Positions 36,821 through 44,731 of a stretch of DNA of 44,731 nt are shown here, piece by piece. Numbering within the stretch: the first letter of the stretch is position 1; each line of letters begins with the position of its first letter. Source of the DNA: Aquificaceae bacterium (GTDB taxonomy: Bacteria; Aquificota; Aquificia; Aquificales; Aquificaceae); contig JAXSMZ010000010.1 in assembly GCA_037924335.1 (NCBI GenBank), forward strand, positions 1 to 44,731, given 5' to 3'. The notes beneath the pieces are model-generated. The model was given only the letters and a program-made list of their open reading frames with translations, was not told where the DNA came from and did no database searches. The position numbers and the translations under genes are program-made.

Positions 36821-39800
36821 GAAAGGGACTTCTTCCCTTTGAAAAGATAAAGCTTATGCTTGCATCACCAGAAGAAATAAGGAGCTGGAGCTATGGGGAG
36901 GTTAAAAAGCCAGAGACTATAAATTACAGAACCCACAAGCCAGAAAAAGATGGACTTTTCTGTGCCAAGATCTTTGGTCCCATAAAAGATTACGAGTGTT
37001 TGTGTGGTAAGTACAGAGGTAAGAGGTTTGAAGGCACAATATGCGACAGATGTGGTGTTGAGGTAACAAGGTCTTACGTGAGAAGAAAGAGGTTCGGTCA
37101 TATAGAGCTGGCGGCACCAGTTGCCCATATATGGTTTTTGAAAAGCTCACCATCCAAGATAGCAACTCTTTTGGGGTTATCGGCAAGAGATGCAGAAAAG
37201 GTTGTCTACTTTGAATCTTACCTTGTTATAGAGTATCCAATAAACGAAGAAGAAGAGAGGAAGTTTGAAGAGATGGATAACACTATACCCATAAAGGATG
37301 ATATGGGTACCACAAAGTTTGTAAAACTGCATGTGGTTGATGAAGATAAGTACATGAGCGAGTATGCCACAAGTTTAGAGCATAAGTACGAAGGCGGTAT
37401 GGGTGCTGAAATTGTAAAGAAGCTTCTTTCCATGCTTGACCTTGAGACTTTTGCAAAAAAGCTAAGGGAAGAGATAAAACCGTACAGCTTTGGCTTTGAA
37501 GACCTTGGGAAGCATATAGAAGAAAAGCACAGCAAAGTCTACCATAAGATGGTAAAAATTCTTGCAGAGAAATTCAAGCTATATGGCATAGATATAAAGC
37601 AGAAGAATATGACATTTGAGCAGGCCATCCTTGGCATTCTAAACGAAGAGTACTACCTTAACATGGAAACTGGAGAGGTTATTCCTGAAGATTGTGGAGA
37701 AAGCTGCCTTACTGGAAGGGAAGCCATCCGTGAATACTACGAGAGGTTTAAAACGAAAAGACCAGACCTTCCAGTCTTTGAAAAGATAAAAGAAGATATA
37801 AGGGCAGTGGTTCTAAAGGAGATGTCCGAGGTAAAAGTTAGGAGAGCTTTAAAAGTTCTTAAACTCGTTGAGGATTTCATCAAAAGCGGGAACAGACCAG
37901 AGTGGATGATCCTTGATGTTCTTCCGGTCCTTCCACCTGAGCTAAGGCCCTTGGTGGCTCTTGATGGAGGGAGGTTTGCCACATCAGACCTTAACGACCT
38001 TTACAGAAGGATAATAAACAGGAACAACAGGCTAAAAAGGCTTATAGAGCTTGATGCACCAGAGATAATAATAAGGAACGAAAAGAGGATGCTCCAAGAG
38101 GTTGTAAGTGCCCTTATAGACAATGGGAAGAGGGGAAGGATCGTTTCTCAAAACGGAAGGGCACTTAAATCCCTATCAGACTATCTGAAAGGAAAGCAAG
38201 GAAGGTTTAGACAGAACCTTTTGGGTAAAAGGGTAGACTATTCTGGAAGGTCTGTCATAGTTGTGGGTCCTGAGCTAAAGATGCACCAATGCGGTCTTCC
38301 TAGGATAATGGCTCTTGAGCTCTTCAAGCCCTTTGTTTACAGAAGGCTTGAGGAGAAAGGTTATGCCACATCTATAAAGAATGCAAAGAAGCTTGTTGAG
38401 CAAAAGACGGCTGAAGTCTGGGAATGTTTAGAAGAGGTTGTTAAACAGCATCCGGTACTTTTAAACAGAGCCCCAACGCTTCACAGGATGTCCATACAAG
38501 CCTTTGAGCCTTTGCTCATAGATGGAAAAGCAATACAGCTCCATCCTTTGGTATGTCCACCCTTTAATGCGGACTTTGACGGTGATCAGATGGCAGTTCA
38601 TGTACCTTTGAGCATCATGGCACAGCTTGAAGCTTACACATTGATGTTGTCAACCCAAAACATACTTTCTCCTGCGCATGGAAAGCCTATAACCATGCCA
38701 TCACAGGATGTTATATTGGGAATTTATTATTTAACTCAGGAAGTTCATGGTAGCAAGGGTGAAGGAAAACTCTTTTATACAAAGGATGATGTCCTTTTGG
38801 CCCTTGAAAACCAAAAAGTGGATATGCACGCCAAGGTGCGTGTCAGGCTTGACGATGGGAAGGTGGTGGAAACAACGCCTGGAAGAGTTCTCTTTAACAG
38901 CATAATGCCAGAAGGATACAGCTTTTTGAACGAACCCATGGATAAGAAAAAGCTCTCTAAGCTGATCACAGATATCTATAACAGGTACGGTGTTGAAAGA
39001 ACGGCTAAATTCCTCGACGATTTGAAGGAGTTGGGCTTTAGCATAGCAACCAGGGCTGGCGTATCTATATGCGTTGAGGATCTTCAGGTACCAAGAGTTA
39101 AAAAGGAGATAGTTGAGGAAGCTTTCAGGCAGGCGGATGAGGTCATAGACCAGTACATGAAGGGCCTTCTGACCAATAAAGAGAGGTACAACAGAATAAT
39201 AGACCTTTGGTCTGAGATAACTGACAAGGTTTCAAAGGCTATGTTTGATGAGATAGAGAAGGGGGAAAGGGAAGAGAAGGGTAAAGTTTTCCCAGGTATC
39301 TTCAACCCGATATTTATGATGGCAAACTCGGGAGCAAGAGGCAACAGGGACCAGATAAGACAGCTCGCCGCCATGAGGGGGCTTATGGCAAAGCATACTG
39401 GAGAGTTCATAGAGACGCCCATAATATCCAACTTTAGGGAAGGGCTCTCTGTGCTGGAGTATTTCATATCAACCTACGGTGCAAGGAAAGGTCTTGCAGA
39501 TACAGCTCTGAAAACAGCCTTTGCCGGATATCTCACAAGAAGGTTAGTGGATGTGGCTCAGGACATAATGATAACAGAAGAAGATTGCAAAACACACAGA
39601 GGCATAGAGATGACGGCTATAGTAGAGGGTGGGGAGGAAAAGGTACCACTAAAAGATAGAATAGTGGGTAGAACCCTTGCTGAAGATCTTTTTGACCCTT
39701 ACACGGGAGATCTTCTGGCTAAAAGGAACCAGATAGTGGATGAAGCCCTTGCGGATAAGATAGTGCATGCTGGTATAGATGCTGTAAAGGTGAGGTCACC

Positions 39801-41505
39801 CCTTACATGCGAGTCCAAGTTCGGTATATGCTCCATGTGCTACGGATGGGACCTATCTCAGAGAAAGCTAGTGGATAAAGGAGAGGCTGTCGGTATTATA
39901 GCAGCTCAATCCATAGGTGAGCCAGGTACTCAGCTCACCATGAGAACCTTCCACATAGGTGGTGCTGCTGTAGCTGAAAAGGTACAGAATGTACTCATCA
40001 ACGAGACAGAGGGAACGGTGAAGTTCCATAACATAAGGCTCATAAAGAACAGAGAAGGAAAGTTCATAAACATTTCAAAGGATGCAGCCATAATGATACT
40101 TGACAGAGAAGGTAGACCAATAGAAAGACACTCTCTTCCGTATGCAGCCACAATAATGGTTGAGGAAGGAAAGCATGTAAAGGAAGGAACTACCATCGCC
40201 GAATGGGACCCCTTCAACGTATACATAATAGCCGAGGAAGCTGGAAAGGTAGACTTCAGAGATATTGTGCAGGATGTAACGGTTAAAGAAGAGAGAGACC
40301 CCCTTTCAGGGAAAACATCAACCATAGTATCCTTTACAAGACCTAAGGACGCCATGCTTCACACACCTAGGATATTGGTGACAACAGAAAAGGGTGCAGA
40401 GCTTGTGTATGACCTTCCGGTAAACTCCATACTGAACATACCTGCGGAAAAGATCAAAATGGAATGGCTTGTATGCCCCACATGTACGGAGTCGGAGGGA
40501 ACTGAAGTGCCCCATAGATACTATATGGTAAAAGACTACCAAGTTCAAGCTGGAGATGTGCTTGCAAGGATACCCAAGGAGATGGCAAAGGTTAGGGACA
40601 TTGTTGGGGGTCTGCCAAGGGTTGAAGAGCTCTTTGAAGCGAGAAGACCCAAAAACCCAGCCATTCTCACCGAAATAGACGGTATAGTGAGAGTCTTTGA
40701 GGATGCCGATGAGGTTATAATCTCGGGGAAAGAGGGTACAAAGAAGTACGATATAAAGAAGGATGAGTACATACTGGTAAACCATGGACAGTACGTGCAT
40801 AAAGGAGCAAAGATAACGGAGACAATAGTGGCAGACATTGAGGGTCAAGTAAGAATAAAGGGAAGGGGCTTCAAGGTTGTGGTTTACAACAAGGAAACGG
40901 GAATCCAGAGGGAATACTTTGTTCCAAAAGGAAAACATCTGCTGGTGAAGAATGGCGATACAGTCCAGGCTGGTAGCCCACTTACTGATGGAACACCTGT
41001 CCCCGAAGAGATCTTAAAGATAAAGGGTACGGATGAGCTTCAAAAGTTTCTTTTAAAAGAAGTTCAGATGGTTTATAGACTCCAAGGTGTGGACATAAAT
41101 GACAAGCATTTTGAGATCATAATAAAGCAGATGCTTAGGAAACGTAGGATTGTTGACCCGGGAGACAGTAGGTTTCTAGTAAACGAGGAGGTTGATATTG
41201 AGGAGCTTGAACAAGAAATAGAAAGGATAAGAGAGGAAGGAGGAAAACTGCCTAAGGTTGAACCCATACTGGTTGGCATTTCAAAAGCTGCACTCACTGC
41301 AAGAAGCTGGATATCTGCAGCGTCCTTCCAAGAAACTCCGAAGGTGCTAACGGATGCATCTTGCGAAGGGAAAGTCGACGACCTAAGGGGTATAAAAGAG
41401 AACGTAGTCATAGGAAACCTTATACCGGCAGGGACTGGGGTTAGAGAATACTCTCTTGTAAAAACAGTTGAAGAAAAGGCAAAGGCTTTAAAGGATATGG
41501 TATAA
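36817..41505 (+). CDS. rpoC: RNA polymerase beta' subunit
   Basis: N-terminal Zn finger, [12 protein letters not shown] and [13 protein letters not shown] motifs. Confidence 0.99.
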
Positions 41506-41506
41506 T
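41498..41506 (+). promoter_or_regulatory. extended -10 promoter for rpsL-rpsG-fusA-tuf, overlapping the rpoC stop
   Basis: TGGTATAAT, in which TAA 41503-41505 is the rpoC stop codon. Confidence 0.6.
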
Positions 41507-41533
41507 AATAGATTGTTTTGAAAGGAGGATACC

Positions 41534-41923
41534 ATGCCTACTATAAATCAGCTGGTGAAGTATGGTAGAGAGTTAAAGAGGAAAAGGAGTAAATCTCCAG
41601 CTCTACAGGGAAACCCACAAAAGAGAGGAGTATGCGTGAGGGTATACACGGTAACCCCAAAGAAGCCCAACTCTGCCTTGAGAAAGGTAGCAAGGGTAAG
41701 GCTTTCTAACGGTATAGAGGTCACATCTTACATACCGGGTGAAGGTCATAACCTTCAGGAACACTCTATAGTTCTTGTAAGGGGTGGTAGGGTTAAGGAC
41801 CTACCGGGTGTTAGGTATAAAGTAGTAAGGGGGACACTTGACACTGCTGGTGTAGCAAACAGAAAACAGTCTAGGTCCAAGTACGGTGCAAAGAGGCCAA
41901 AGCAGACAGGAGGTAAGAAGTAA
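41534..41923 (+). CDS. rpsL: 30S ribosomal protein S12
   Basis: [19 protein letters not shown] and [10 protein letters not shown] motifs. Confidence 0.99.
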   Translation: MPTINQLVKYGRELKRKRSKSPALQGNPQKRGVCVRVYTVTPKKPNSALRKVARVRLSNGIEVTSYIPGEGHNLQEHSIVLVRGGRVKDLPGVRYKVVRGTLDTAGVANRKQSRSKYGAKRPKQTGGKK

Positions 41924-42405
41924 TGCCTAGGAAGGGACCAGTAAAGCCAAGAGAAACAATGCCAGACCCAATCTACGGCGATGTTATCATAAGCAAGCTC
42001 ATTAACAAGGTTATGAAAGATGGCAAGAAGAGCGTTGCTGAATACATAGTTTACAGAGCTTTAGAGGAAGCCTCAAAGGAAGCCAACATGAGCCCTACAG
42101 AACTCATACACCAGGTTGTCAACAAGGTAAAACCTGAGTACGAAGTAAGGCCAAGGAGAGTGGGTGGTGCCACGTATCAGGTTCCCGTTGAAGTACCGCC
42201 AAGGAGACAGGTAAGCTTAGCCCTAAAATGGATCGTTGAGGCCGCAAGAGCTAGAGGGAAGCATAGGGGTAGCTATACCATGCTGGAGAGGCTAAAAAGT
42301 GAACTCCTTGATGCTCTAGAAGGCAAAGGCGGCGCCATTAAGAAAAAAGAAGATACGCATAAGATGGCGGAGGCCAACAAAGTTTTTGCTCACTTCAGAT
42401 GGTAA
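41923..42405 (+). CDS. rpsG: 30S ribosomal protein S7
   Basis: [11 protein letters not shown] and [15 protein letters not shown] motifs. Confidence 0.99.
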   Translation: MPRKGPVKPRETMPDPIYGDVIISKLINKVMKDGKKSVAEYIVYRALEEASKEANMSPTELIHQVVNKVKPEYEVRPRRVGGATYQVPVEVPPRRQVSLALKWIVEAARARGKHRGSYTMLERLKSELLDALEGKGGAIKKKEDTHKMAEANKVFAHFRW

Positions 42406-42418
42406 AGGAGGAAAGAGT

Positions 42419-44506
42419 ATGCCAAGGACAGTGCCCATAGAAAATTTGAGAAACATAGGCATAGTAGCTCACATAGACGCTGGAAAGACAACCACAACAG
42501 AGAGGATACTTTATTACACGGGAAAGACTTACAAAATAGGTGAAGTCCATGAAGGTGCTGCCACCATGGACTGGATGCCTCAAGAAAAGGAAAGAGGCAT
42601 AACCATAACTGCGGCCACTACTGCATGCTATTGGAAAGACTATCAGATAAACATAATAGATACACCAGGCCACGTAGACTTCTCTGTGGAAGTGGTACGT
42701 TCCATGAAAGTTCTTGACGGAATAGTGTTTATCTTCTCAGCTGTAGAAGGTGTGCAACCTCAATCAGAAGCCAACTGGAGATGGGCTGACAGGTTTGGTG
42801 TGCCAAGAATAGCTTTTATAAACAAACTCGATAGGCTTGGTGCTGATTTTTACAGAGTTTTTGGCGAAATAGAGAAAAGGTTGAGTATAAAGCCGGTGGC
42901 CGTTCAGATACCAATAGGTGCAGAGGAAAAATTTACCGGCGTTGTGGACCTCATGAACATGAAGGCCATAATCTGGCTTGAGGAAACGCTTGGAGCCAAG
43001 TATGAGATAGTGGACATACTACCTGAATACTTAGATAAGGCTCAGGAGTGGCGATCCAAGATGGTAGAAACTATAGTAGAGAAGGACGATGACCTGATGA
43101 TGAAGTATCTTGAGGGAGAAGACATAAGCGTTCATGACCTCAAAAGGGTTTTAAGAGGTGCCACGATAAACAGGTCTCTTGTTCCCGTTTTATGCGGTTC
43201 TGCTTTTAAGAACAAGGGAGTTCAGCCCCTTTTGGATGCCGTTATAGACTACCTACCATCACCCATTGATGTACCGCCTATAAAGGGTATAAACCCAAAA
43301 ACAGTTGAGGAAGAAGAGAGAAGACCTTTCGATGATGAGCCTTTCTGCGGTTATGTTTTCAAGGTGATGAGCGACCCATACGCTGGGCAATTGACTTACT
43401 TTAGAGTGTTCTCTGGTAAAGTAACCGCAGGTTCGTACGTTTACAATGCAGCAAAAGATAAGAAGGAGAGAATAGGGAGATTGCTCCTTATGCATGCCAA
43501 CTCAAGAGAGGATGTGCAAGAAGTTTCTGCTGGGGAGATAGTTGCTGCTGTAGGTGTTGAGGCTGCAACTGGAGATACTCTCAGCGATGAAAAACGTCCC
43601 ATAGTGCTTGAAAAACTCGAATTTCCAGAGCCTGTCATATCAATGTCCATAGAACCCAAGACAAAGAAGGATCAGGAAAAGCTATCTCAAGTTCTCAACA
43701 GATATATGAAGGAAGACCCTACCTTTAAAGTCTCTGTAGACCCAGAAACTGGACAGACGTTGATACATGGTATGGGAGAGCTCCACTTAGAGATCATGGT
43801 GGATAGAATGAAGAGGGAGTACAACATAGAGGTTAACGTAGGCAAACCTCAGGTAGCTTACAAAGAAACAATAAAGAGGACAGCTCATGGAGAGGGTAAG
43901 TTCATAAGGCAAACGGGTGGTAGGGGTCAATACGGACATGCCATTATAGAGATAGAACCTTTGGAAAGGGGTCAAGGCTTTATCTTTGAGAATGCCATAG
44001 TGGGTGGCATAATACCGAAAGAGTTCATACCTGCAGTTGAAGAGGGTATAAGAGAAGCTTTGCAGAATGGAGTTATCGCTAACTATCCAGTGGTTGATGT
44101 TAAAGTGAAGCTCTACGATGGTTCTTTCCATGAAGTAGACTCCTCCGAGATGGCCTTTAAGATAGCAGGTTCCATGGCTTTTAAAGATGCTGCGAAGAAA
44201 GCTAATCCTGTTCTCCTAGAGCCAATTATGGAAGTTGAAGTAGAAACTGCGGAGGATTATGTTGGAGATGTGATAGGTGACCTGAACTCAAGGAGAGGAA
44301 AGATAATGGGCATGGAGAATAAAGGCGTTATAACTGTCGTTAGAGCTTATGTACCGTTGGCTGAGATGTTTGGTTATGCCACAACGCTAAGGAGCTTGAC
44401 ACAGGGAAGAGGAACCTTTATAATGAAATTTTCTCATTATGAGGAAGTTCCCCATAGCATAGCAGAGCAGATAATAGGGGAACGAATAGCTGGAGCAAAA
44501 ACCTAA
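42419..44506 (+). CDS. fusA: elongation factor G
   Basis: [23 protein letters not shown] and GMGELHL. Start at ATG 42419 after AGGAGG. Confidence 0.99.
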   Translation: MPRTVPIENLRNIGIVAHIDAGKTTTTERILYYTGKTYKIGEVHEGAATMDWMPQEKERGITITAATTACYWKDYQINIIDTPGHVDFSVEVVRSMKVLDGIVFIFSAVEGVQPQSEANWRWADRFGVPRIAFINKLDRLGADFYRVFGEIEKRLSIKPVAVQIPIGAEEKFTGVVDLMNMKAIIWLEETLGAKYEIVDILPEYLDKAQEWRSKMVETIVEKDDDLMMKYLEGEDISVHDLKRVLRGATINRSLVPVLCGSAFKNKGVQPLLDAVIDYLPSPIDVPPIKGINPKTVEEEERRPFDDEPFCGYVFKVMSDPYAGQLTYFRVFSGKVTAGSYVYNAAKDKKERIGRLLLMHANSREDVQEVSAGEIVAAVGVEAATGDTLSDEKRPIVLEKLEFPEPVISMSIEPKTKKDQEKLSQVLNRYMKEDPTFKVSVDPETGQTLIHGMGELHLEIMVDRMKREYNIEVNVGKPQVAYKETIKRTAHGEGKFIRQTGGRGQYGHAIIEIEPLERGQGFIFENAIVGGIIPKEFIPAVEEGIREALQNGVIANYPVVDVKVKLYDGSFHEVDSSEMAFKIAGSMAFKDAAKKANPVLLEPIMEVEVETAEDYVGDVIGDLNSRRGKIMGMENKGVITVVRAYVPLAEMFGYATTLRSLTQGRGTFIMKFSHYEEVPHSIAEQIIGERIAGAKT

Positions 44507-44527
44507 AGGAATATATGGAGGTAAGAG

Positions 44528-44731
44528 ATGGCTAAGGAGAAGTTTATAAGAGAGAAGGAGCACGTTAACGTTGGGACCATTGGGCACGTTGACCATGGAA
44601 AGTCAACGCTTACGTCTGCCATTACATGCGCATTGGCAGCTGGTGTTATGCCTGGAGGAAAAGCCAAATGCCTGAGGTACGAGGAGATAGACAAGGCTCC
44701 AGAGGAGAAAGAGAGAGGAATAACCATAAAC
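44528..44731 (+). CDS. tuf: elongation factor Tu (copy 2, truncated by the window edge)
   Basis: Same protein N-terminus as copy 1 ([26 protein letters not shown]). Confidence 0.98.
   Translation, partial: MAKEKFIREKEHVNVGTIGHVDHGKSTLTSAITCALAAGVMPGGKAKCLRYEEIDKAPEEKERGITIN

Noticed and set aside
41650..41810. Streptomycin-resistance alleles in rpsL
   Set aside because: TPKKPNS and RVKDLPG are wild type.

Overview
A gene-dense chromosomal window from a thermophilic hydrogen-oxidising member of the Aquificaceae (Hydrogenobacter/Thermocrinis-like). The assignment is inferred from Aquifex-type NusG, RpoB and RpoC inserts, the long ThyX, the tmRNA tag and functionally mixed operons. From left to right it holds: a membrane-bound O2-tolerant group 1d [NiFe]-hydrogenase operon; a fluoride-riboswitch-led cation:proton antiporter plus universal stress protein; NIL-thiL; nrdA; rimP-nusA-rlmD; an orphan MoxR ATPase; tmRNA; a long mixed minus-strand run (tlpA-ccdA-hisH-pyrF-panD-hyp-tilS-ftsH-leuC-Mut7C); two small accessory genes; truA/thyX; htpX-pfpI; phoH-ybeY; and the tRNA-Thr-tuf-rpmG-tRNA-Trp-secE-nusG-rplKAJL-rpoBC-rpsLG-fusA-tuf cluster. 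I found no mobile element, CRISPR array or prophage. The best candidate for an undescribed system is the fluoride riboswitch unit, whose antiporter appears to lack the canonical cation-binding Asp (FVNGLGT) and to carry an Asp elsewhere (STGLTFD). All family assignments come from motif recognition by eye, not from database searches.
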